Made by a program: the position numbers and the translations under genes. A DNA stretch of 63,697 nucleotides from Glycera tridactyla (Eukaryota). Below are positions 25,166 through 37,260 of this stretch, piece by piece. How positions within the stretch are numbered: position 1 is the first letter of the stretch; each line of letters starts with the position of its first letter. The notes below the pieces were generated by a model. That model did not search any database. It was not told the DNA's origin and saw only the letters and a list, made by a program, of their open reading frames with translations. Location: the NCBI GenBank assembly GCA_965644265.1, contig OZ286459.1, positions 83,328,304-83,392,000 of the forward strand, read 5' to 3'.

Positions 25166-25831
25166 AACCGACCGACCAATGCATTACAGTATAGACATAT
25201 GACGCTGACATGACGGTGAACCAGGGCCAACCAACCACCTATGCCAATTGCATTGGCATCTAAATGTTTCTCAGCTGGTGCTGACGAGGCCTCAATGACC
25301 AATCATCCTAAATCGATTAGCCAACCAACCTAAAACCAAACAATCAAACAACCAAGCAACCAACCATCAATCCAGCCAATGTACATATGAATCTTACCAA
25401 ACGTTCACAATTCCTGCTTCACTGAAATGACTCCTTATCAGGGATAATGATGTTGTATCACGTGAATCCTTCGAATCTCACATAAAAAAAAACGCATGCA
25501 GTCGGACCCGCTCGATACCAAGCTTACCTGCCTAGACAGCGTGAACATGAGAGTATTTTACAGTTAACAACATCTCCACAAAAGACGAACGCAGTCTTGG
25601 ACAGACAGACGCTAGAGTTTGAACATGTATCACTTCATCTACAGAGGTTCATGGAACATTTATACATAGCATGTACTCTTTATGATAAATGACCGCCATT
25701 CAAAAGTTGTAGTTCTAACATATGTCACCATCACTACCTTTACAAATGGGGTGCGAAAATAGGACACCATTGTTATTGGAATTCCCGTTAGTAATTTGGT
25801 CACGCACAGGACGACAATTTCGTAGCATGAA

Positions 25832-26012
25832 GTGACATCTAGCGGAATGTCCTTACATGACAGTGAGTCAGACATTCTCGGGAAGAATAATGTCTCGCGA
25901 GATTTCAGTAACAAGAAAGGAGAGCCGACTACTAGGCTGTCAGAAATAGTTGTTGGCGACGCGTGTATCGGGAAGACAGACACTTCTGGGGCGTATTGGG
26001 AACACGTTATAA
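25832..26012 (+). pseudogene. Frameshifted P-loop NTPase (Walker A) remnant, family unassigned
   Basis: EIVVGDACIGKT at 25943-25978; removing the single G at 25979 gives GKTTLLGRI. No downstream domain was found. Confidence 0.3.
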
Positions 26013-26283
26013 GCACGTAAATGTCATGTCACGCTGACAACGTTGTCTTGTAGCGTCGGTGATATACAAGCGAATATATGTGCTTCTCACACACAACTCT
26101 CGCCCCTTCTGATGACAGCATCGTTGAACGCCGGGAGGTGTTATTTGTCTTCGATGACACAAACGTGTTATTTCCATTCGATCCTCATACGGTCAGATTC
26201 CTACACACTAATCACATTCGGTGTGTATGAACTCAATATATTCTCACCGCCTGTTTGCTACCCAGCCATGTCCGTCACATGGG

Positions 26284-26336
26284 TGTCTCAATATAGCCCA
26301 GATGGTGCTCATTGGACGTAAAACAACCAGCCAACC
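26284..26336 (+). repeat. Second clear copy of the (AACC)n-tailed SINE-like repeat
   Basis: TGTCTCAATATAGCCCAGATGGTGCTCATTGGACGTAAAACAACCAGCCAACC matches 6630-6690 (-). Confidence 0.6.
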
Positions 26337-26475
26337 ATACACTGAATACTGAACCATACCAATCAACGATCCGAGGCCTGAGTATCGAGGGCATTGATTC
26401 ACTTTTCCAATGCTTATTCCATGGAAGAAGCAATATGGAACTTTGGGAACTGACGTAACATTGAACCTAAGCCAA

Positions 26476-26636
26476 NNNNNNNNNNNNNNNNNNNNNNNNN
26501 NNNNNNNNNNNNNNNNNNNNNNNNNNNNNNNNNNNNNNNNNNNNNNNNNNNNNNNNNNNNNNNNNNNNNNNNNNNNNNNNNNNNNNNNNNNNNNNNNNNN
26601 NNNNNNNNNNNNNNNNNNNNNNNNNNNNNNNNNNNN
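26476..26636. other. Assembly gap (others at 27378-27575, 36913-37259, 56122-56317, 58636-59180)
   Basis: Runs of N; most abut simple or low-complexity repeats. Confidence 0.99.
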
Positions 26637-29600
26637 GTGAGAAGAGCAACAATAGGCATAGCAACGATAAAGACACATAAATGTATGTGTACCTAACCTA
26701 TCTTGTATGAAGCAAAATTGTGAATGCTACATACATGGTGAGACGAGTGTTGGATCCATCTTGGGATCAATACTTCATTGAGTGCGAATCAATGTGATCG
26801 GCGTAAAAGGTTCGACACCAAGCCACCCTATAATCCGTACCTCAACATCAGCACCAAACGTGCCGAACGGAGAGAAAATAAGAGAACAATATCAATCAAA
26901 GTTGAAATTCCGAATATACAGCCTCATGATAACATCAAATTCGAATTCAATTCAATTCGAGATGAGTAATTGAGATTAATGAATACGGAACAAAGTTTCA
27001 GTCTTAGGTTTTTTCCAGCTCGTCTGTGTTAGTCCGCGTTTTGACTTGATAACTCGGACTCATTTGATGAATTGCTGACTTCACGGGTATCATTGGAGAA
27101 GGGGTCAGGATGGCGTCGGGATCATTATTGATTTTTTCGGGCATGAATTATCTCTCGGTAAACGACCTGCTGGATGATATTGATCTGCGGATTGGCTGAC
27201 ACCTGTATGTCTCATTAGACATTCAAACTCAAACTCAAATTCAACTGCTTCGCGTTACACCGCCATCATCTCTATAACATAGCGCTATTAATCGAAGGTG
27301 AGATGTGAACAGCGTCGTTCATTATTTGACAGATTGATTGATTATTTGATTATTGGATTGATTACGTGATTAGATGANNNNNNNNNNNNNNNNNNNNNNN
27401 NNNNNNNNNNNNNNNNNNNNNNNNNNNNNNNNNNNNNNNNNNNNNNNNNNNNNNNNNNNNNNNNNNNNNNNNNNNNNNNNNNNNNNNNNNNNNNNNNNNN
27501 NNNNNNNNNNNNNNNNNNNNNNNNNNNNNNNNNNNNNNNNNNNNNNNNNNNNNNNNNNNNNNNNNNNNNNNNNNNAACTTGTAAATGTCAACTGGGGACT
27601 GGTATATCGGCTCATCCTATCATGACGGTATGATAATCGTCCTGAGGTTGTTGGAAATTCTCATCTCGAGGTGAGAAATATTCTAATCTTGTTCAATTGC
27701 AAGTGTGTATACCGGCACAACGATGGCGGTCCCAGAAACAAACAAAACGAGAGCATCAAACCAAACTATTCCTGCTATATCGTAGTTTCAATCATACTCC
27801 TATCAATTACAGCAAAATAGTAAAAGGCACCGACTTTAGCGTGTTCGGAGTCAATAATCAGGTTGAGGTGAAAAAGTGTTTCGGGCATATGGATCTGATT
27901 AACCGGCAGCCAAAGTTGCACGGTCATCTTTCCTAGGCGATCTAGGTACAGGATCCCGGCCCCCTACAGCAATGACAAACAGTCGAGCACGTGGGAGGCC
28001 AATCAAAACACATATTTGTTGTCACAGGTTGTGTGTACCCATAGCAACGTGATCGGCAAAGATGAGCACCAACATAGCAACCTAATAACATCAATATCAG
28101 CATCTCATATACCCCTCGCTTGCTTCCACCATCAGCTGATAATCTTTGGTCCTGAAAATCGAACGATGTTCCGGTAAGTCTCAGAGACCCCACTCCCTCC
28201 GTTGACCTGTCATGGTCCTGTATTAGATGTGTCTTTTCAAGATGCTGACTTTCGTAGTGATCTCACCACAATGGACACCTTAAACGCCACAAGAAGACTG
28301 AAAAAATCAGGGCGAAACTTGTACACGCGATGGGGATCGCGAAAATGAGGGTCAGAATTGCCGTGACGGTAGGGGGTCCTATGAAGAGTAGTGGGAAATC
28401 CTAGCAATTAATTCTTTGTGGATCAAAATTCTTATGGCTTTCAAAAAAGCTGAAACTTAGTACGATAATGTTAACACGATATCTTCAAAATCATAGCTAG
28501 ACTCACCTGATCTATTCAAAAGCATCTGCGTCAAATCTGTCAATATATCACGTATTGTAGGCTTACACGGATAATATACATGAAAATAACAATTTGAGGG
28601 TATCCAGGAAACCGCCAGGCATCAAAATGATTATCTGCATGGACCCTCATTCAGCTGCTCCTCCTCCTCCCCTCCTTCAATACCTGCCCCTTTTCCGGCT
28701 CTCGCCAGCACCAGCTCCGAAAGCGAAACCAGAATCAACACCACCTCCGCCATAGGGGCAGTACCACCTTGAGTACAACCGGCAGCCCAACACCAATACC
28801 GCCACCACATCCACCAGAAAGATCAAAGGTCTCGAATGGTCCTAACCATGCACATTGCATATGGTCACAGTATAGCATACATTGCGAGGAAACGAAGATA
28901 AACGACATGCAAGCAAGCAATCACCCCCACCACAGCAACACCACAGCACCACCACCACCACCATCACCACCACCACCACCACAACCACCACCACCACCAC
29001 CACCGACTTTTCAATTTTCCCCCAGACTCATGCTTACGAGAAGGTTAGTACAGCTTATATTGCCCAATTCTACTTCATTGTTCAATTCATTGCATTGGCC
29101 AGGCCCATAATGAGCGCCTAACGGCTTTGCCCCTCGCGTGGCTTTACTTGCACATAACATGCCAAGAGCTCGTAGCTTCCCCATGATGGAGATAGTAGGG
29201 ACATCATTCGTCCTAATTACATGATTTATTCAGCATTAATAAATCAGAACTAATTGGAAAACTCAGCACTGTGCCTTTTGCGAGATTAATATTAGACGTT
29301 TCCAAACTATTCCAGGCATTCATGCCGAATTTGATTTGCTTCATTCGTGAACGATTTTGTTTGTTTGTGAAAGTTTTATTTCATATCAGCATTGACCCGG
29401 GGGTCATATTGTATGTTAACATGTTCATACATGAGGTTAATACAAAAATATGTATATACAGATGGCAATCCGTCCCATATCACACAGGAGATTACGTAAA
29501 GCAAGGAATAGAGAAGAAATGAACGACAGAAATAACAGAGAATCATACGCAGTACAATAATGTATAGACGGCAAACCTTACACCAATGGGTAGGAAGTTT

Positions 29601-30639
29601 TGACTTAATCCTACCCAAGGCTCTCATTTTGTGAGACATCAACTTGATCAAATTGAAGATTCAGCATTCAAAACTCGACTTGATATGGCTGGGTTTCACG
29701 TCTATGAAAATACCTGCTTTCACTTTAAAGACAGATCACCCCATTACTTTCACGCGACACTCAGGCGACAGAATACAGCCGTAGTTGAACTGAACGCTTT
29801 TTACACGGATCATTATTACGTAGGAAAGATGTGCGGGAAGCAGATCGCCTTGGGGCACACCATTGAATAGGTCGCAGCTGTCTGTGGCCTGCATCTACTT
29901 GCCAACATCTCCCCATAGCTTTCATATTGTCTATGTCTGCTACGGTGAACTAACGAAAGCAACTCTTCATTTACTCGTTGTGTCATCGATTTGAATATAT
30001 ATTTTTTATTTGTTTACAAAACTCCAACCCGCGTGGAGCTGATTCCACATTCACCTATATCGATGGTTATCTGTGAACGGTCCACGAGAAACGAGTTGCA
30101 TTCAATCAACATCCATAGGTATGTTGAGTCATATTTTCAATTCCGAGGCGGGTCCAACATGGAGTCTTCGATAGCTCAAACTGCAGTCCCTGCTTTGCTC
30201 TCATCCTTCTGAGTGAATGCTTATTTAGAATCCGTCAGATAATACTTCACTCAACACTGCCTCTATAAATATCTACATTAAGTACAGAATTCGAATCTTT
30301 ACCAGAAATGTTTATATATCTCGGAAATGTGAACTTTCTTAGCAAAGATCGAGGGTGGACGGATCGGAATAAAGTCACATTCTCTTATTCCCAAATATGT
30401 TAAGATTATATCAATCTTATCTGAAAATTGCCCACGGTGTTTCGAGTATGAGGAAGGGAGAGGTGGGAGGGGTAGGATGGTGATGGCGGAGAGAGGCGGT
30501 GAGAGTCATTGACGCCGGAGACAAAACATCCAGAAACACGCCATACATAGGCCTTCCTGCCATACATTGTATCAGCCATGTAATTTAGTTATTCTAGATG
30601 GGGAGAGAAATGAATTTCACAGCTCATTTCCTCTATATA

Positions 30640-30940
30640 CAGAAAGCACACATATGTCTTTCATTTGATGCAATACATTCTGACTCTTAGCACAGAACAA
30701 AATATAATTTGAGAAGTCTGTTGAAGATATTCAGGCAAAATCCATCAAATCATCGCTGAATGATGATGGATCTAAGATGCTCGTCCTATGACTCAACAAA
30801 CAGAAAAAGACTGACCTGGTAGATGGTGAGATTTTGGCATACAGGCACTGCCTAAGCTTGACATATTGGCAACATTGGAATCATCTTCGATGAGAGCTTG
30901 ATCATGGACAAACAAATAATGAGGACATGTACGAAAGGAC
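30640..30940 (+). mobile_element. Decayed LINE (L2/CR1-like) RT C-terminal fragment
   Basis: LNDDGSKMLVL (cf. KLNxxKTExLVI) followed by NIGIIFDESLIMDKQIMRTC (cf. NLGVIFDxxLxMxxQIxxVC); stops and frameshifts present. Confidence 0.45.
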
Positions 30941-33900
30941 ATAATCGATCAATTGTGAGTGGACAGATGAATGAATTTCATCCTAGTAGTTGGATCTGTA
31001 GATGAAGACTATACTGGTAGTTTGAAAAGTGATCTAGACAGATTAGGTTAAATTTCATGAAATACTACATCGATCATCACTTGGATTAAAGCAGGTGGTA
31101 TTTGTAATAAAAGTTGTAGCTCAAGCAGGTCTCGGTCGTACATGGTTCTCGATGATGCTCTCAATTGTTAATTCCACTCTAATCGGATTGAAATTAAATC
31201 GTGACCAAGCATGCATCCTCCAGATCTTTGCTAAATATAGGCAACACTATGCCTCTACTGGTTACAAATTACAAGGTCGAAACAGTTAAGATATAGACTG
31301 GTCCCCAGTGAGTCGGAAAGCGAATGATTTCAATAGGATTGTGTCACTTCATACACGATTGCCGAAGGCTCAAAGTATTGAGACAACCTCCTGAAGGAAA
31401 ATTAGAGGGAATCCGCAACAGAGCTTTTCGATGAAAATCTACAATACTAGATACAACTCCATTGTTCACTGAGAACATGGTCATAAGGAAAGTGATCAGT
31501 TGAAGCAACTATAAGAGACATACTGTCATCATATTGGGTTATGGATTCTCGAATAGTCATGTTTGTTACTGTCTGGGAAGTAATTGTATTCCTTCTCATG
31601 GTATTGCTTTATATGTATTGAATTTTTCAACTGAATCCCGTGGGACATCCATGAATGACTGCACCTCATTTCATTGAGTCTGCTGGTTTGTGAAGATGGT
31701 ACGTCATCATCCAATCTAATTTGTCCATCGAATCAATCAACGCCAATGGTCATAAACAATCCATGAAACCTTAAGAAAACCGTCATCGATCCTTCAGTAA
31801 AAAAGGCATGATATTGTTCATATGAGCACATGAATTTGTGTTATAGAATAAAAAAAAACTGGTTCCGGCTTTGTAGCCCCTTTTACCAGGGTACGCCTAT
31901 ACCCATAATGATGGAGTTCGCTCCAGTGACTGTGTATTCCATAAATTTTCCTTATCGATTGAGGGGCGAGAAGAAGGGTCTTGAATGATCCAACCCATGC
32001 CCACAATATGGCACACACGGCGCTTGTTTGTGAACCACGACGAATCAACTAACCAACCAACAGACCAAACAATCAATATAGGAATCCATCTAAATTGTAA
32101 TTTGCGGATACATTTGGTATACAGAGAGGCAATGACTCCAAGGGGTTGTATTACTGTTCACCTTTGACAAAGGGGACCTTGACAAAGGGGACCTTGAAAA
32201 TGGTCCTTGCAGTGAAGTATTAACTTTCTGGTTAGTTCGTAATAAGAAGAGTACATATTGGGTTCCATCTTTCATTTTAATGCCTTTTTCTAGGGTCGCA
32301 CACAGGGCTTGTATTAGCAGGAGTAAATTAGAAGCTGGCTACCTTGGATTTAGGGCCAGTTCGCGTGGGAACCCGCAATGACTAGGCAATGACCCAGACA
32401 GGAGTGATGAGCTGCCGCTAACCAGTTGCTGACGTTTACGACATACGCGGATGTCGTAAACGTTAGTGGTTGTTTTACGGCAGGCCCTCGAGAGGAGTGA
32501 AAAGCATATCGTTTACCCGTTATGACGTCATTTGTCGCATGGCATGAACATGTTATTGGTCGTAATTTCGGATGAGATTTTCGCATATAATACGTTGCTT
32601 CGAAGTTTTGACAACGTAACAACCCCTGAGTTGACAAGTCACACAACAGTTCGGAAACGTTGTACATAAAAATCGAATGAAAACAAAAGTAATATCATCA
32701 GTTTAGTTCCCACACGTATCCATCCCCAAGCGCACACAAGGTTCTGCCTACCTTGATGGGATGTGCCCCACAAACCACGGGGACAATATCTATTGAGATG
32801 GAAATGAGGGTTCATCCTCATCTCTATAATACATGATTAAAGCCGTAATCGAGGGCAAGAGCAGAGCTGTAATATATTATGAACCAAATGTTACCATATT
32901 TTTGGACATGCTCTGAAAAAAACTGAAAGAAAGAGTGATTGAATGCCGAAAATTGGGTTGATGGTATGGCAAGGAGGTATATGAGAGAGGAAGGACAGAA
33001 GTGATTGTGGAACAGGAGTAGGATGAGGGGTGAGATTGAGTTGTAGAAGAGAAGGGTATGAGAAGAAGCATGGTTGTGTGGAAAGAGAAGAACGAGGAGA
33101 GAAGGAGATGGTAGCTGGAAATTTGAAGGTTACAGCAGGCTGTGTATCAAAGTTCCATGGTGCTTCCATGTTATGATAGAAAGTTTCACCATCCAGACAA
33201 GTTAGCACGGCAATTGATCGTTAGTCGACGCTCATGGCCAGCCAATTTGACAGTCTCACGAACACTCATTTATGCTGCCAATTCAAGTTGTTTGGAATGA
33301 TGTGAGCAGTTTGAGGTTCACTTTCTTCCCCACGAGATGCCGCAACCGGGGTCGAAACCATGGCAATTCAGAATATATTCAGGAGGGATAATCGAGTATT
33401 GTTTTGTAGTGAATGGCTATTAGATGTGAATGATGATAGCACCTATTCACGATTACAGAGTGCATGAAGGCATACGAATACCAGGAAATTTCAAGAATTT
33501 TCTACTCATGAGGCAGCTTCCCATTTGCTCAAAACTCTAATAAAAACCAGCAAACCATTGATGTGTATCTCACTGTGTGTGGTAGATGTAGCAGTCAATC
33601 TTTGTGATTTGGAGGATGTGGATACTCATTTATGACTGCTACATCGTCTACTTCTAATCCCGTTCAGATGAGAACGGTAACAATCATGCACATGAGATCG
33701 AGTTATCAGATGTTTTGGCCATTCTTGATCAAGAAAAAAAACCCACCGTAATTAATAACTCAGCAGAATACTGGCCCCACTCCCCACGAGCGACACTACT
33801 CGCTCTACATCCAGTATGGGGCTGCTTGGAGGACGCAATTTCTTGGTACAAACCTGGTGCACATCACTCATCTTGTAGCTACCGAAGGAGGCACCAAAAA

Positions 33901-35653
33901 GACCATCGTTCAGACATTTTTGAGATGGTTACCTGATTGTATGCTTGCAATATATTGGAGGTCAAACCCACCTGTCTGACACAATCAGGACAGCCAAAAT
34001 TAGTAGCTGCGAGTGATCAATCATATTTCTCTTGATCATATATCCTTGCGTTAGGTGCTATATTGTGAAAGAATGATGTCCACCATGGGAATTACAAGCC
34101 ATAATCAGCAGGCAGCTAAATGAACCAAGTCGAAGTGTCTTTGAATGGATCACTGATGACCGGACCAGGACTTGATGATCAGGACAGCAGCCCACTAGAA
34201 AAAGTCCTGGGGGATTCACATTTTAGCTGACAGACTCTAGACAGCCGGACTCATTGTGACTAGTCCTCCATTGAAATTGGCTTGGATGATGCTGGAGCAG
34301 TTCGCTGCCTTCTTCACTCAGCGTTAACATGAGAAAGGAGGCTTGCCTCCAAGGGGTTCTGGTCCTCAAAACTGAAATACTATTCCCCACTCGATGAGTA
34401 TCACCATGAGATCGGTAACCTCGATACATACTCGCATTCATGATAATGTCAGTCATGGGAGAATCTTTAATATCGTAGTCTACTTTTAATTTCAACATTT
34501 GCATAAAACCGCATTCATTCGGAAACCAAAATCTGGAGATGATGGGTGGATGTAGGGGGGGGGGGGGGGGGCTAGTCGGTCATTTCCTTGTCCAACATGA
34601 GTACCAACTGGACCATATGGGGACATTAATGCGTGGGTTATGGATGATATCGCCCAGAATCCCACCTTCAGAGTCCAAGGTGGAAGGTGAAATGAAAAGA
34701 AAATCACAGACGGAGGTAGGCAGCATTTAGAGGTGAAGTGTTTTAAAATGCTACCAGTCCAATAGTAAGCCCGCACGAATGATAGGATAGGTGTTCACAA
34801 ATAGGTAGATCCCACCAGAACGAGGAAATAGCTGTCTGAGCCATACACGGGATATGTACATGGGCATCAACAAATGGGGATCGTACACGAGTACATGGTT
34901 GATATGAGATTCTCTGGGAGACAAAAAAGACAAAAAAACGAAGGTGGAGAAGAGAGGGCAGTCCTTTAGGCATGGAGCTGGGTGGGGGCCACCAGTGGCT
35001 CATGACGTCAGTCATTAGGACCTGATGATGTATGGTCTTAATTTGTCTGTGCGTGAGTTCCATGCGTGATGTAGCATTTATATGGCCAGACGCTAATGGA
35101 CCAACTCAAACCAAACTCATTATCTTGACCCTGGGGATTCTCCATACTTGATCCTCATTGCACTCTATAAAGCATTCTCTAAACACCTATTTTGACCCGA
35201 CAATCTGCTCTGTCGACACCATACCGGATTTCGGAGGTGGGACTACCCATGATAATTTGGGTTGTAAGATAGACTTCGTAAAACCTGAGGCGACTTCGAA
35301 TTGACATTCCTTGATAGATCTGCATATATTTGATCTATCATCTGCGTAAGGATTATACTGCGAGATATAGAGATGACTACAACCATCGTCACTGCATTTA
35401 ACGAAGTACCCACCCACACCTGAATGAAGTGAGGTGGTAGTGCACTGTGTCCCCATGTAGTTATATACACAGAGTACTGACCCGTTTTCGAGAAGCATGT
35501 ATATCATGGACTTGTATAATGGTGCTGATCCAGTATCAGATGCCAATTTTGGTCACCCAAGAGCCCTGGTCGTCATTGTGAATATAGCTGTTCGCTTGAG
35601 AACCAGATTGACTGCTCGGTTTCTTTTCTATTCAGATCAGACATACGATACTA

Positions 35654-35831
35654 CAGTCGAACCTCCCTATAAAGACCGCCTTCGGTCGCACCAAAAAGTG
35701 GCCTTTATAGGGAGGTGGTCTTTATAGAGAGGTCATTTACTGTAGAAAATACTACCACGGTCGCAGTTCAGGGCGGTCTTTATAGGGAGGTGGTCTTTAT
35801 AGAGAGGTGGTCTTTAGAGGAGGTTCGACTG
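35654..35831 (-). mobile_element. MITE family B copy 2
   Basis: 178 bp; CAGTCGAACCTCC ... GGAGGTTCGACTG; TA at 35652-35653 and 35832-35833. The reverse complement is close to 10606-10785 along its whole length. Confidence 0.9.
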
Positions 35832-37260
35832 TACTATATCATTCTGGTCCAAAGCCCAAACAGGTGGTTCCTCACTGAATCAGGAACAAGCTCTGTTTAC
35901 TTGGCACTATCATTTGAGCTCCCCATAGCTAATATCCCTTCCGTTCAAGGGTAGTGAAGGATTCATCCGTGGTGGGAATGACTGGACACCTATATTGATT
36001 CATATTCTTGTGTGGTGTACCGATATCTGAATAGCAAGAACTAAAACCAAAATATTGGCATTTCAATGACTAGAAAGGAACGGGAGAGAACACAAACCCA
36101 CCCAGACGGTGGACCAGCATAACATACCTGCTTTAGAAATTACGTGGTTGCTGATGGAGACATATCCTATGTAATATGCAGAATAGACTGCTCATGTTGC
36201 TGTTTAGGACAGTGTCGATTTCGTGAAATTTCATGAATTTATCACTCGAAATGAGATGTACTATATCATTTCCATTCCGTCTACATCACAAAAATCAAAA
36301 TATCAGAACCAAATATCAAGTACTCACTCATGCTCAACAACTACAAAATCACATTGTGAAAAACAAAGTAAGACAAAGAAATCAGTCAAAACAATAGAAA
36401 TTTGGGATGGTGATGGATGAGTATGTGAATCTGGATGAGCATGTGGATTAGTGGCACTCCAAAATGGTCAAAAACCTCGAAAGTAGAGCTTGACTATCCC
36501 GATATATTCGTCGCCTGTTTATCATGGTAGACCACATCACTGGTGCGTGATTGATGGGGAAAGTCACTTAGTATAATCTCTGAGCATCATCAACTGAAGA
36601 GGAGAGATGGCAAGTTGGAAGACAGCCTAATACCTGGGTTGAGTGGCTTAATCAGCCTGGATCAACATTGTTTCATCTCGCTGATTTGGACATAAATTTG
36701 ACGAGACTTGATGCTGAATTATTTATACGTAGTTTTTTTCTGCAGGAGATAATGAAGTGCCACTAGTAGGATGCGTGAGTCGTGTGTATTGTGTGGGAGA
36801 GATGGGGAGGGGAAGGTGAGAAGAGTAGGTAGATAGATAGATATGCGAATACATGGATTGGTGAAGGAATGGATGGAAAGAGGGGTGGAAGGACAGACAG
36901 ATAGACAGACCANNNNNNNNNNNNNNNNNNNNNNNNNNNNNNNNNNNNNNNNNNNNNNNNNNNNNNNNNNNNNNNNNNNNNNNNNNNNNNNNNNNNNNNN
37001 NNNNNNNNNNNNNNNNNNNNNNNNNNNNNNNNNNNNNNNNNNNNNNNNNNNNNNNNNNNNNNNNNNNNNNNNNNNNNNNNNNNNNNNNNNNNNNNNNNNN
37101 NNNNNNNNNNNNNNNNNNNNNNNNNNNNNNNNNNNNNNNNNNNNNNNNNNNNNNNNNNNNNNNNNNNNNNNNNNNNNNNNNNNNNNNNNNNNNNNNNNNN
37201 NNNNNNNNNNNNNNNNNNNNNNNNNNNNNNNNNNNNNNNNNNNNNNNNNNNNNNNNNNNG

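Noticed and set aside
25660-26016. Minus-strand 118-aa ORF as a cadherin repeat
   Set aside because: Resemblance is superficial (APE...ISDSLVVGSP); the Ca-binding DxD, LDRE and DxNDN motifs are absent and splice sites are weak.
28690-28850. Possible exon (plus: HQLRKRNQNQHH...; minus: LIFLVDVVAVLVLGC...)
   Set aside because: Both strands have open frames but each lacks one convincing splice site, and no homology was recognised.
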